From an uncultured Acidobacteriota bacterium (lineage in GTDB: Bacteria; Acidobacteriota; Thermoanaerobaculia; Gp7-AA8), in contig CAWGHO010000002.1 of assembly GCA_963822445.1 (NCBI GenBank), positions 1,696,001-1,760,000 on the forward strand: a stretch of 64,000 bases of DNA, given 5' to 3'. Below are positions 39,632 through 48,927 of the stretch, piece by piece; position 1 is the first letter of the stretch; each line of letters opens with the position of its first letter. Both the position numbers and the translations under genes were made by a program. The notes beneath the pieces were generated by a model. That model had not been told where the DNA came from, searched no databases, and saw only the letters and a program-made list of their open reading frames with translations.

Positions 39632-40245
39632 ACATCGGAATCTGCGGCGGCACCTTCGATCCTTTTCACTGCGGCCATCTCGAACCGATCCTCGCGGCGC
39701 GGCAGACGATGCGCTGGGATCGCGTGCTGTACATCCCCGCTTTCATCCAGCCTTTCAAACAGGACCGCGCCACCGCGTCGCCGTTTCACCGGTTCGCCAT
39801 GATCGTGCTCGGCACCGAGGAACATGAAGAGCTGCACGTGTCGCCGCGGGAGCTGGAGCGCGGATCGGTTTCCTACACGGTCGATACCTTGAAAGAGCTT
39901 CGCGAGGAGCATCCGGACGCGACGCTGGACTGGATCATCGGAGACGACAACCTGGCCAAGCTGCTGGAGTGGAAGTCGCTCGACACGATCTTCACCCTCG
40001 CGAACTTCGCCGTGCTGACGCGCGGTGGCCAGGAAGTGTTGCCCGTCCTCCAGCCGCGCGTCACAGAGCCACAGAACCGTACAACCCACGGCGCGATCGT
40101 GTTCGCGGAAAACGCGATGGTGCCGGTTTCATCCACCGAGATCCGCAGGCGCATCGGCGACGGCGATACGATCGACGGTCTGGTCCCGCCGCGCGTCTCG
40201 CATTACATTCACCACTACGGACTGTACCGAAAGGGTCAAACGTGA
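39628..40245 (+). CDS. nadD: Nicotinate-nucleotide adenylyltransferase
   Basis: GGTFDPFHCGH, SYTVDTL, VSSTEIR motifs; conserved gene context. Confidence 0.95.
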   Translation: MNIGICGGTFDPFHCGHLEPILAARQTMRWDRVLYIPAFIQPFKQDRATASPFHRFAMIVLGTEEHEELHVSPRELERGSVSYTVDTLKELREEHPDATLDWIIGDDNLAKLLEWKSLDTIFTLANFAVLTRGGQEVLPVLQPRVTEPQNRTTHGAIVFAENAMVPVSSTEIRRRIGDGDTIDGLVPPRVSHYIHHYGLYRKGQT

Positions 40246-40637
40246 GCGACTCCTCGATTGAAAGCCGCGTGCGCCTGGCAGTGGCGGCGGCGCTCGACAA
40301 GAAAGCATCGGACCTCGACGTTCTCGCGGTCGGCGATCTCACTTCGATCGCGGACTACTTCATCCTTGCTTCCGCGACCAACGAGCGGCAGGCGGCGGCC
40401 ATCGCCGATGCCGTCACGGACCGTCTTCGCGAGGAGATGAACGTCAAGCCGCTGCTGGTCGAGGGGACGACCCCAGGCCGCTGGGTCCTGATCGACTTCG
40501 GCGACTTCATCGTGCATATCTTCACCGAGGATGTCCGCCGCTTTTATGGGTTGGAGCGGCTTTGGGGCGATGCGCCGAACGTGACGGCGGACTTCACCGG
40601 AGAAGCCGACCGCCGTGGCCTCAAGAAAACAAGCTAA
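40242..40637 (+). CDS. rsfS: Ribosome silencing factor
   Basis: DKKA, WVLIDFGDFIVHIF, FYGLERLW motifs. Confidence 0.95.
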   Translation: MSDSSIESRVRLAVAAALDKKASDLDVLAVGDLTSIADYFILASATNERQAAAIADAVTDRLREEMNVKPLLVEGTTPGRWVLIDFGDFIVHIFTEDVRRFYGLERLWGDAPNVTADFTGEADRRGLKKTS

Positions 40638-41565
40638 TCCGCGGCTGAAGGACTTCTTCCGCACGCGCAACGCGGCGATGCGGAACGTGCTCGAGACCGC
40701 CGAAAAAGTCCTCGACCACGACGTCAGCATCCTCATCCTCGGCGAATCCGGATCCGGCAAGGACTACCTCGCCGAATCCATCCACGCCTGCAGCAACCGC
40801 CGGAACGAGCCGTTCGTCCACATCGAGTGCGCGGGCATCCCCGCCGAGCTTTTCGAGAGCGAGCTGTTCGGACACGAGAAGGGGACCTTCACCGACGCGC
40901 ACACGCGCAAGCTCGGCAAGCTCGAGGTCGCGGGTCGGGGCACGGTCTACTTTGACGAGATCTCCGCGCTCACGCCGCAACTGCAGGCCAAGCTGCTTCG
41001 CGCGTTTCAGGAACGGCGGTTCACGCGACTCGGTGGAAACACGCCGTTGCCGTTCGAGGCGCGCGTCATTTCGTCTTCGAATGCCGACCTTCCCGCGCTC
41101 CTCGCATCCGGCGAATTGCGCCGCGACTTCTACTACCGCATCAACGTCGTGACCGTGACCCTGCCGCCCTTGCGCGATCGTCGCGAGGATGTCGCATCAC
41201 TGGCGAAGCGCTTCCTCAAACGCGCCGCGCGCAAGTTTCGGGGATTCGATGACGCCGCGCGGAATCTGATCGAGAGCAGTGCCTGGCCGGGCAACGTTCG
41301 CGAGCTTCGCAACGTCATCGAGCGCGCGGCGCTGCTCGAAGAAAGCGATGAGATCACCGCGGCCTCGCTCCCCATCGGCGTGTCGGCCGATCTCGTCACG
41401 ACTGCCGCGCGCGCGGCGTGGACGTTGGACGAGCTCGAAGCGCATTACATCCGCGAAGTGCTGAAGATGACCGGCGAGAATTACTCCAAAGCCGCGGAGA
41501 TCCTGGGCATCAATCGCAAGACGTTGCTCGAGAAGCGGCGCAAGTACGGGCTCGGCCAGCCATGA
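40615..41565 (+). CDS. Sigma-54-interaction (AAA+) protein with Fis HTH and no sensory domain
   Basis: GESGSGKD, ESELFGHEKGTFTDA, FDEI, WPGNVREL, AAEILGINRKTL motifs. Confidence 0.88.
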   Translation: MASRKQANPRLKDFFRTRNAAMRNVLETAEKVLDHDVSILILGESGSGKDYLAESIHACSNRRNEPFVHIECAGIPAELFESELFGHEKGTFTDAHTRKLGKLEVAGRGTVYFDEISALTPQLQAKLLRAFQERRFTRLGGNTPLPFEARVISSSNADLPALLASGELRRDFYYRINVVTVTLPPLRDRREDVASLAKRFLKRAARKFRGFDDAARNLIESSAWPGNVRELRNVIERAALLEESDEITAASLPIGVSADLVTTAARAAWTLDELEAHYIREVLKMTGENYSKAAEILGINRKTLLEKRRKYGLGQP

Positions 41566-42032
41566 AATTTAGGTTCATATGGGGCGGTTCCCATGCCGAC
41601 GTTGAGCTCGGCGAAGCAGCGGAACGCTATCTCTCCCGGATCAAACATTTCTTTCCGGTAGAGGTCGTCGAAGTCGCTTCCGAGCGCGGTAGACAACGTC
41701 AAAGTGATGTGGCTATCATGCGCGCTCAATCCGCGCGCCTGCTCTCTGCAATCCCCGAACGCGGGTTCACGGTGGTCCTCGACGAACGAGGGCAAACGCT
41801 TGATTCTTTGAAGTTTGCAAGATGGATCGAGAGGCTGACGATCGACAGCCCGCACGGCGTGAATTTCGTCGTCGGGGGCGACGTCGGGTTCGACGAAACG
41901 GTGCGCAAACGGGCCGACAAGCTCCTCGCGCTCTCGCCGATGACCCTCCCGCACCAGTTCGCGCGCGTCATCCTGCTGGAACAGGTCTATCGGGCCTGCA
42001 CGTTGATGCGCAACATTCCCTACCACAAGTAA
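41562..42032 (+). CDS. rlmH: 23S rRNA (pseudouridine1915-N3)-methyltransferase
   Basis: LDERG, FVVGG..G, LSPMTLPHQFARVILLEQVYRA, PYHK motifs. Confidence 0.95.
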   Translation: MKFRFIWGGSHADVELGEAAERYLSRIKHFFPVEVVEVASERGRQRQSDVAIMRAQSARLLSAIPERGFTVVLDERGQTLDSLKFARWIERLTIDSPHGVNFVVGGDVGFDETVRKRADKLLALSPMTLPHQFARVILLEQVYRACTLMRNIPYHK

Positions 42033-42056
42033 ACGAGGCATCCCCAGGCAGGAACC

Positions 42057-42440
42057 ATGGCGAAAACGATGGCGAAAACGAAAACCAAAGCGAATCCTTA
42101 TCAGGCCCAGGAGGATGCGCTTCGCATCAAGCAGCGCGAGCTGCTCGACTCCTACAATCGCGACAAGGCCGCCGGCAACGCCCTTCCCGACGACGGCATC
42201 CAGGATCTGGCCGACAAAGCCGCCAGCGCCTACTCCAAAGAGCTCAACTTCTCCCTCTCCGACGGCGAGCGCCAGCTCCTCATGCAGATCGACGAAGCAT
42301 TCGTCCGCATGAAGGACGGCTCGTACGGCACCTGCACGAACTGCAACACCGTGATCGGCGAGAAGCGCCTCCAGGCCGTTCCCTGGACGCCCTACTGCAT
42401 CGACTGCCAGGAGCTGCAGGAAAAGGGGATGTTGCAGTAG
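42057..42440 (+). CDS. DksA/TraR-family C4 zinc-finger protein
   Basis: DLADKA (DxxDxA), YGTCTNC, RLQAVP, CIDCQ motifs. Confidence 0.9.
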   Translation: MAKTMAKTKTKANPYQAQEDALRIKQRELLDSYNRDKAAGNALPDDGIQDLADKAASAYSKELNFSLSDGERQLLMQIDEAFVRMKDGSYGTCTNCNTVIGEKRLQAVPWTPYCIDCQELQEKGMLQ

Positions 42441-42464
42441 TCCCTCACTGCTTCGCAGTTCCTC

Positions 42465-42494
42465 AAAGGAGCGCTTCGGCGCTCCTTTTTGTTT
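42465..42494 (+). terminator. Intrinsic terminator
   Basis: AAAGGAGCGC-TTCG-GCGCTCCTTT followed by TTGTTT. Confidence 0.88.
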
Positions 42495-42496
42495 GA

Positions 42497-42583
42497 AATG
42501 CAGAATGCAGAATGCAGAATGCAGAAAACGGAGCAGGATCTAGCCCGCTAACTTTCTGCATTTTGCATTCTGCATTCTGCATT
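42497..42583. repeat. Inverted heptamer tandem repeat (AATGCAG)4 ... (CTGCATT)4
   Basis: Four AATGCAG units, a ~30-bp spacer, then four reverse-complement units. Confidence 0.88.
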
Positions 42584-42590
42584 TCCACTC

Positions 42591-43976
42591 ATGCCCAAAC
42601 GCCTCGAAACGGTTCTCTCCGCGATCGCGGATGGCAAGCCCCCTCGGGTCATGCTCGTCGGCGGCTCGTCCGAATTTCTTTCCGAACAGGCCTTCCACCA
42701 GATTCGCGACGCCATCGCGGCGAAGAACCCGTCGATCAACGTCGAGCCTTACGAGCCGGGAAGCGAGCTCGCGGTGATTCTCGATTCGTATCGCACGATG
42801 TCACTCTTCGGCGGCTCGCGCCTCTTGATCGTGCCCGAGGTCAACGCGTTCGTTTCGGCGAAAGAGATTGCGTCGCTGTACGAGAAAGCCGTCGCCGACT
42901 GGAAGACAGCGAAGACCGATCGCAAGCGCGCCACCAGCTCCGCGAAACTCCTTCACGTCCTCGGCCTCGCCGGCGTCGATCTCGAAATGACCGACCGCCA
43001 GATCGCCGACGCGCTCGGGGTCTCGCTGGAAGCCACGATCACCGACATGCTCCAGTTCTGCCGCGCCACCGGCAAGAAAGCGGGACGCGGCGAAGATGAT
43101 GCCGCGCTGCTGATGGAAGCGATCGTGCGCGGCGGTGCGCCGGGAACGATTCTGCTGATGCGCACCGGCGAGGTTCCGCGCGACTCCGCGACCATCGACC
43201 TGATCGACAAGCATGGCGCGGTCATCGTTGCCGACCTCAATCGCGAGGGATTCGCGGCCGCCTTCGATGCGGCGATCGCCAATGTCGCCGCCGAAGCGAG
43301 CGTGAAGTTCGACGCGAACGGCGTCGCGCGGATGCGGCAGAAGCTCGGCATCGAGCGGATCCTCGCCGACAAGTTTTCCAAGGAAGTGCCGGAGATCCGC
43401 ATCGCTGTTTCCGAGGCGGAGCGGCTGGCGACGCTGGTGGGAAGTGGGGGACGGGTAACCGCGGAGCTCGTCGAGCGCGAGATCGCGGCGGTGGAAGGCG
43501 GCGCGCGGTACGAGCTCGGGTCGCTGTTTACCGAGGGGAAGATCATCGAGGCCGTGGCCAAGCTTCGTGAGCTCGTTGCCCAGGCGCGGCGCGAGGATCC
43601 CAAGTCATCGATCGAGATCCACTACGGCCGCTATCTCTTTCCGCTCGCCGACGAGATCCGGCAGATGATCGGCATCCACTCCTGGGCGCGCATGCAGAAC
43701 GTGAATCTCAAGGCGTCGATGAACTACAACCGCTTCAAGGACACCATCGCCGACAAGCTCGGCGACTACCTGAAGACCTACGGCCTCGTGCGCCAGCGCC
43801 CCCACCCCTTTCCACTGCACAAAAAATGGGAAGCCGCGCGGACGTACAGCGAGGCCGATCTGTTCCGTGCGCTGAACGAGGTGGCCGACCTGGAGATCAA
43901 GCGCAAGTCGGGCGGGTTGCCGGTGGATGTAGGGATCGAGACGTTTCTCCTTTCGAGGTTGCGGTCCGCTTCATAG
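42591..43976 (+). CDS. DNA polymerase III delta subunit-like protein
   Basis: MLVGGSSEFL, TMSLFGGSRLLIV, SEAERLA, HPF, DLEIK pattern; longer than a typical HolA. Confidence 0.65.
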   Translation: MPKRLETVLSAIADGKPPRVMLVGGSSEFLSEQAFHQIRDAIAAKNPSINVEPYEPGSELAVILDSYRTMSLFGGSRLLIVPEVNAFVSAKEIASLYEKAVADWKTAKTDRKRATSSAKLLHVLGLAGVDLEMTDRQIADALGVSLEATITDMLQFCRATGKKAGRGEDDAALLMEAIVRGGAPGTILLMRTGEVPRDSATIDLIDKHGAVIVADLNREGFAAAFDAAIANVAAEASVKFDANGVARMRQKLGIERILADKFSKEVPEIRIAVSEAERLATLVGSGGRVTAELVEREIAAVEGGARYELGSLFTEGKIIEAVAKLRELVAQARREDPKSSIEIHYGRYLFPLADEIRQMIGIHSWARMQNVNLKASMNYNRFKDTIADKLGDYLKTYGLVRQRPHPFPLHKKWEAARTYSEADLFRALNEVADLEIKRKSGGLPVDVGIETFLLSRLRSAS

Positions 43977-44088
43977 TTCATCCCGCGCGCAGACGCGGGA
44001 TCAATGGCGCAACCTGGACCGACCGTCCCTTCAGCCGACAGCAGCGCAACCTGCTCCGCTGATCCCGCGTCTTCGCGCGGGATAAACT
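43975..44088. repeat. REP-like doublet, ATCCCGCG family
   Basis: 43975-44003 and 44060-44088 are 27/29 inverted copies, each itself a hairpin. Confidence 0.82.
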
Positions 44089-44096
44089 GGAGCACC

Positions 44097-45296
44097 ATGA
44101 AGAACGTCGACCGCAAAGCCTGGCGCGCGCTGTTCGCGGCGCAACTCGGCTGGATGCTCGACGCCATGGATTTTCTCCTCTTCACCTTCGCTCTCCTTCC
44201 CATTCAAAAAGAATTCGGCCTCACCAAAACCCAGGTCACGATTCCGATCGTCGTCGCGCTCATCGCCAGCGCCATCGGCGGCATCGCCTTCGGCCGCATC
44301 GCCGATCGCATCGGCCGCGTGCGGGCCATGACCTTCAGCATCCTGCTCTACTCCGGCGCGACCGCGGGCATGGCCACCGCGCAGAATCTCTGGCAGCTCG
44401 TCGCCTGGCGCGTGCTGGTGGGATTGGGCATGGGCGGCGAATGGTCGTGCGGCTCGGTGCTGGTCGCGGAGACGTGGCCGGCCAAGCATCGCGCGAAGGC
44501 GATGGGCATCATGCAGTCCGGCTGGGCCATCGGCGCACTGTTCGCCGCCGGCCTCTCTGCGCTGGTGCTGGAGCGTTACGGCTGGCGCGTTCTCTTTCTC
44601 ATCGGCGCCGCGCCGGCGGTCGTCGCATTCATCATCCGCCGCACTGTCGAGGAGCCGCCGCTGTGGCAGGAAACGAAGCGCGAGCCTTCGCGATGGGGCG
44701 AGATGTTCGCGCCGCAATACCGGCGGCGCACCTTCCTGGCGACGCTCGTCGCATCGTGTGTTCTCGTCGCTTACTGGGGCGTGACGTCGTGGCTGCCGGC
44801 CTTTCTCGCGTCGCCGATCAGTGAAGGGGGCGCGGGTCTGACCATCACCAAGTCGGCGACGTGGCTGATCGTCCTCCAGCTCGGCGCATTCCTCGGCTAC
44901 GTGAGCTTCGGCTGGATCGCCGACAAGATCGGACGGCGTCCCGCGTTCACGCTCTTCATGATCGGCGCGACCGCGGTGGTCCCGATCTTCGCATTCGGCG
45001 CGCGCTCGCCGATGACCCTGCTGCTCATCGGACCGCTGGTCGGCTACTTCGCGCACGGCTACTTCTCGCTGTTCGGGGCGATGCTCGCCGAGCTGTTTCC
45101 GACGCGCATCCGCGCGAGCGCGCAGGGCTTCTGCTACAACGCCGGACGGCTCGTGTCCGCGGCCGCGCCCTACGCGATCGGTGCCGCGGCCACGAAGCAC
45201 GGTCTCGGATTCTCCATCGCCGCCGACGCGGTGTTCTTCGCCCTTGGCGCGTTCCTGATCTGGCTGCTGCCGGAAACGAAGGGCACCGAGTTGTGA
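44097..45296 (+). CDS. MFS transporter
   Basis: GRIADRIGRV, GLGMGGEW, ADKIGRR motifs; ~12 TM segments. Confidence 0.93.
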   Translation: MKNVDRKAWRALFAAQLGWMLDAMDFLLFTFALLPIQKEFGLTKTQVTIPIVVALIASAIGGIAFGRIADRIGRVRAMTFSILLYSGATAGMATAQNLWQLVAWRVLVGLGMGGEWSCGSVLVAETWPAKHRAKAMGIMQSGWAIGALFAAGLSALVLERYGWRVLFLIGAAPAVVAFIIRRTVEEPPLWQETKREPSRWGEMFAPQYRRRTFLATLVASCVLVAYWGVTSWLPAFLASPISEGGAGLTITKSATWLIVLQLGAFLGYVSFGWIADKIGRRPAFTLFMIGATAVVPIFAFGARSPMTLLLIGPLVGYFAHGYFSLFGAMLAELFPTRIRASAQGFCYNAGRLVSAAAPYAIGAAATKHGLGFSIAADAVFFALGAFLIWLLPETKGTEL

Positions 45297-45985
45297 TCGA
45301 CCTCTCCGCCGACCTCGGCGAAGGCTCGCCCGGCGAAGACGACATCTGGCCGCTGATCAGCTCCGCGAACGTGGCCTGCGGCGGCCACGTCGGCGACGAG
45401 GAATCGATGCAACACGCGGCCACGCGCGCGGCTCGCCATGACGTCCGCCTCGGCGCGCATCCCTCGTATCCCGATCGCGAGAACTTCGGCCGCGTGTCGA
45501 TGGAGATCAGTCCGCATGATCTGCACGCCTCGCTCGTCGCGCAAATCTCTGCGCTGCGCGCGTTCGCGCTCGTCCAACACGTGAAGCCGCACGGCGCGCT
45601 GTACAACGACGCGCATGGGAATCGCGCGCTGGCGGACGTGATCGTCGGCGCGATTCGCGAGGTCGACTCGGCAATCGCGCTCGTCGCGCCGGATCATTCG
45701 CAGATGGCCGCGGCGGCCCGCGCGGCAGGAACGGTGGTGATTCGCGAGGCCTTTGCGGATCGGCGTTATGAACCCGATGGCTCCCTGGTGTCGCGCAAAA
45801 TCGCCGGCGCGACGTTGTCGGTGGACGAGGCGGCCGAGCAGGCCGCGCTGCTCGTTCGCGAAGGAGTGGTCGTGGCCCGCGATGGCTCGCGGGTGGAGAT
45901 CGCCTTCGACACGATTTGCATCCACGCGGACATGCGGGGAGCGGTCGAACGCCTTCGGGCGATCCGCCGGAGGGTCGGTGTTTGA
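45293..45985 (+). CDS. pxpA: 5-oxoprolinase subunit A (LamB/YcsF family)
   Basis: IDLSADLGEG, SANVACGGH, GAHPSYPDRENFGR, VKPHGALYN, EAFADRRY motifs. Confidence 0.9.
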   Translation: MIDLSADLGEGSPGEDDIWPLISSANVACGGHVGDEESMQHAATRAARHDVRLGAHPSYPDRENFGRVSMEISPHDLHASLVAQISALRAFALVQHVKPHGALYNDAHGNRALADVIVGAIREVDSAIALVAPDHSQMAAAARAAGTVVIREAFADRRYEPDGSLVSRKIAGATLSVDEAAEQAALLVREGVVVARDGSRVEIAFDTICIHADMRGAVERLRAIRRRVGV

Positions 45986-46124
45986 CCATTGACCCACCGG
46001 AAGGGTCAGGATCTACGCCGTCAAATCGCGCAAGTCGTTGAAACTACGTAGACCTACGGTTCAAGATCGATGGCAGTGATCTCGCACGCGCAGGAACCCT
46101 CGTCAATCTGAAAAAGGAGCAACA

Positions 46125-46964
46125 ATGAAGCTGAGACTCTCTCTCTTGATGTGTGTATTGCTGGTGGCGGTGCCGATGTTCGCCGGCCAGCCGGAACGTT
46201 GCGGAACCAAGCAACCGGGACTCGAAGAGGTCGACGCGATCGAGCGTGCGATCGCCAAAGGCCAGAAGGGCAAGACCTCCGCGGTCATCGACGTCTGGGT
46301 CCACGTGATCAGCGCCGGCGAGGGCTTCGCCAATGGCGATGTGCCTGACGGCATGATCCGCGACCAGATCCGCGTGCTGAACGAGTCGTACAACGGCCGC
46401 ACCGGCGGCGCGAACACCGGTTTCGGTTTCGACCTGGTTGGTGTCACCCGCACCGTGAACCCGACCTGGTTCTCGCAGTTCGCCACGAACTTCGCGGTCG
46501 AGTTGGAAGCGAAGACCGCCCTCAAGCGTGGTGGCAACGGAACGCTGAACATCTACACCGTCGACGGCGGCCCGTATCTGGGCTGGGCGTACTTCCCCCA
46601 GATCGTCAACGATCCGACGTACCGCAATCTCGACGGCGTCGTGCTCGATTGGCGCTCTCTGCCGGGCGGTACGTTCGCGATCTACAGCGAAGGGGACACC
46701 GGCTCGCACGAAGTCGGTCACTGGCTCGCGCTGTACCACACGTTCGACGGCAAGTGCGGCGTGAAGGGCGACTACGTTGCCGACACCGCGCCGGAATTCA
46801 GCCCGGCCTTCAACTGCCCGGTCGGCCGCGATAGCTGCATCGGCCAGCCCGGTCTCGACCCGATCACGAACTTCATGGATTACACCCAGGACTCGTGCAT
46901 GTACGAGTTCACCGCCGGCCAGGCCGCCCGCATGCAGGCCGCCTGGGCCGCGTTCCGCGACTGA
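46125..46964 (+). CDS. Secreted M43 (ulilysin/pappalysin-like) zinc metalloprotease
   Basis: Signal peptide, RCGT cysteine switch, HEVGHWLALYHTF, NFMDY Met-turn. Confidence 0.92.
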   Translation: MKLRLSLLMCVLLVAVPMFAGQPERCGTKQPGLEEVDAIERAIAKGQKGKTSAVIDVWVHVISAGEGFANGDVPDGMIRDQIRVLNESYNGRTGGANTGFGFDLVGVTRTVNPTWFSQFATNFAVELEAKTALKRGGNGTLNIYTVDGGPYLGWAYFPQIVNDPTYRNLDGVVLDWRSLPGGTFAIYSEGDTGSHEVGHWLALYHTFDGKCGVKGDYVADTAPEFSPAFNCPVGRDSCIGQPGLDPITNFMDYTQDSCMYEFTAGQAARMQAAWAAFRD

Positions 46965-46975
46965 GCTCTCGCCTT

Positions 46976-47013
46976 CCCTCTCCCCGCGCCGCGGGGAGAG
47001 GGTCAGGGTGAGG
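46976..47013. repeat. CCCTCTCCC-type REP-like hairpin
   Basis: CCCTCTCCCCGC-GCC-GCGGGGAGAGGG followed by TCAGGGTGAGG. Confidence 0.7.
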
Positions 47014-47024
47014 AGCGCGCGGAA

Positions 47025-47054
47025 TTGACAAATAACCCGCCTCTCGGCGACCAT
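47025..47054 (+). promoter_or_regulatory. Probable sigma-70 promoter of tRNA-Asn
   Basis: Perfect TTGACA, 18-bp spacer, weak -10 GACCAT. Confidence 0.5.
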
Positions 47055-47079
47055 CGCCGTCCCTTCCCGCGATCATTGG

Positions 47080-47155
47080 TGTGGTGTAGCTCAGTTGGTA
47101 GAGCGCCGGATTGTTAATCCGGTGGTCGGAGGTTCGAGCCCTCCCGCCACAGCCA
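47080..47155 (+). tRNA. tRNA-Asn(GTT)
   Basis: 76-nt cloverleaf: acceptor TGTGGTG/CGCCACA, D arm GCTC/GAGC, anticodon arm CCGGA-TTGTTAA-TCCGG, T loop TTCGAGC, encoded CCA. Confidence 0.96.
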
Positions 47156-47214
47156 ATTTCCTCTCCAGCACCACAAGCCGTCAGAAATGAACACCAGCGG
47201 CGCTCATTCTCTGC

Positions 47215-48222
47215 ATGAGAATTTTGTGGCTTTCGCTCGCTCTAGCCAATTCGCTCGCCGCATCGACGGCACTCGCGGACGTCATCACCATCGAGGTTGA
47301 TGGCAGTTCGCTGACGCACGCGCATGGCATCAATGATCTCGACCGCATCGTCGGGTTCCATCATCGCTCCGAGACCGGGACCACCCACTACGCATTCGTG
47401 CGCGAGGCCAGTGGCACGTTCTCCAGCGCCGGCCCGGACCACCCTTCGTTTCCCTGTCCGCCGCTCTGCGACAACGTGAAAGCGCACTCGATCAACAATG
47501 CCGGTGACATCGCTGGCACCTATGGTTCCGGTCTGAACCATTCCTTCATTCGCACCGCGGCGGGTGAGATCACGACGTTCGACGTCGAGGACAGCGCGAA
47601 CACGTTCGCCGACGGGATCAACGAGTCGCTGCAGGTTTCCGGATACTTCGACGACGCTGTCTGTCCGGCCGAGCCGCTGCCCTGTTCGCACGGCTTCATT
47701 CGCAACCCGAACGGCGAGCTCATCATCTTCGACGTGCCCGGAAGCACGGGTACGTTCCCCGGCAAGATCAACAATGCGGGCGACGTCACCGGCTCGTACA
47801 ACGACCTCGAAGGCAATGGGCGCGGATTCATACGGCTGGCGAACAGCCAGACGTTCATCACCTTCGACGTACCGGGTTCCGTCGGTACCGAGGCTCAGGC
47901 GATCAACGACGCCGGGACGGTGACGGGGGCCTACATATCGTTCAACCCGGACATCGGTTACCGGCGGCACGGGTTCGTGCGGTCGGCACTCGGGTTCACG
48001 ACGGTCGACGTGCCCGGCGCGCACGCGACCATCCCCTCGGGAATCAACAACGACGGCGACCTAGTCGGCACGTACGACGTCCTGACCGCCGACGGACGTG
48101 TCACGCGAGGGTTCGTCATCACCGCCGACGACGCTGTCTCCCAGATTCCGACGTTATCCGCCTGGATGGGCATCGCATTGTTGCTGTCCCTGATCGCACT
48201 CGCGGTTTATCGGATCGTCTGA
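47215..48222 (+). CDS. Secreted HAF-like repeat protein with IPTL-CTERM sorting signal
   Basis: Signal peptide; six INxxG/xxG...GF repeats; ends IPTLSAWMGIALLLSLIALAVYRIV. Confidence 0.85.
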   Translation: MRILWLSLALANSLAASTALADVITIEVDGSSLTHAHGINDLDRIVGFHHRSETGTTHYAFVREASGTFSSAGPDHPSFPCPPLCDNVKAHSINNAGDIAGTYGSGLNHSFIRTAAGEITTFDVEDSANTFADGINESLQVSGYFDDAVCPAEPLPCSHGFIRNPNGELIIFDVPGSTGTFPGKINNAGDVTGSYNDLEGNGRGFIRLANSQTFITFDVPGSVGTEAQAINDAGTVTGAYISFNPDIGYRRHGFVRSALGFTTVDVPGAHATIPSGINNDGDLVGTYDVLTADGRVTRGFVITADDAVSQIPTLSAWMGIALLLSLIALAVYRIV

Positions 48223-48230
48223 CCCTCCTC

Positions 48231-48347
48231 GCGGTCGGGCGGTAGGCGGTAGGCGGTAGGCGGGGGAACGAAGCGCTCGTAGTAGGGCGCGGGTTCCTGC
48301 CTACCGCCTACCGCAAGGCGCGCAGCGCCGTACCGCCTACCGCCCTA
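48231..48347. repeat. GCGGTAG heptamer palindromic element (same family as 16812-16970)
   Basis: (GCGGTAG)3 mirrored by (CTACCGC)n with the shared AGGCGCGCAGCGCCGTAC insert. Confidence 0.8.
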
Positions 48348-48477
48348 CGTCCGTAGCGCCTTTTTTCATGGGTGACGTCAGAAAGTGGCAGCATTCACGC
48401 TCCTTCCCGTCGAGGTCCGAACAATGAAGAAGTCCAAACAACGACATCCACACCAAAAGAGAGAAGGAGAAGAAGCA

Positions 48478-48900
48478 ATGTCCAGCAATCCCGTGGTCCC
48501 GGTCTCGATCTTCAATGCGAACACGACTTCGGTGAACGTCACCGTCAACAACGGTACGCAGTTCACCGTCGACGGCGCGAAGGCGCCGACCTTCTCGCCC
48601 GCTTTCAACAACAGCGCCTGTAGCTTCGCCACGAATCCGTCGGGCAACACGTTCGGCGTCACGGGGACGAACTTCGTCGACATCACCCCCGTCGGGTCGA
48701 ACCAGCCGATCCAGTTCCAGATCAACATCTCCAGCAGCATCCAGGTCACTTCGCTGCAGCTCTACATGTTCTGGGCGAGCCAGACCACCGCCGGCTGGGT
48801 CCTGCTGAACAACGGGCAGATCATCGCCATGGACACGCTCTCCGGCGGCGGCTCGTCGAGCTCGCCGAGCTCGTCGCGGACCACCGCGAAGCGCTACTGA
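48478..48900 (+). CDS. Hypothetical 140-aa Asn/Thr/Ser-rich beta protein, first gene of the operon
   Basis: AAGGAG RBS before MSSNPVV; no signal peptide. Confidence 0.8.
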   Translation: MSSNPVVPVSIFNANTTSVNVTVNNGTQFTVDGAKAPTFSPAFNNSACSFATNPSGNTFGVTGTNFVDITPVGSNQPIQFQINISSSIQVTSLQLYMFWASQTTAGWVLLNNGQIIAMDTLSGGGSSSSPSSSRTTAKRY

Positions 48901-48927
48901 GCCGCACCGCCGCGCCCCGAGATCCTC

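Noticed and set aside
42512-43099. ORF starting MQNAEN
   Set aside because: Arises from the AATGCAG repeat and overlaps the HolA-like gene off-frame.
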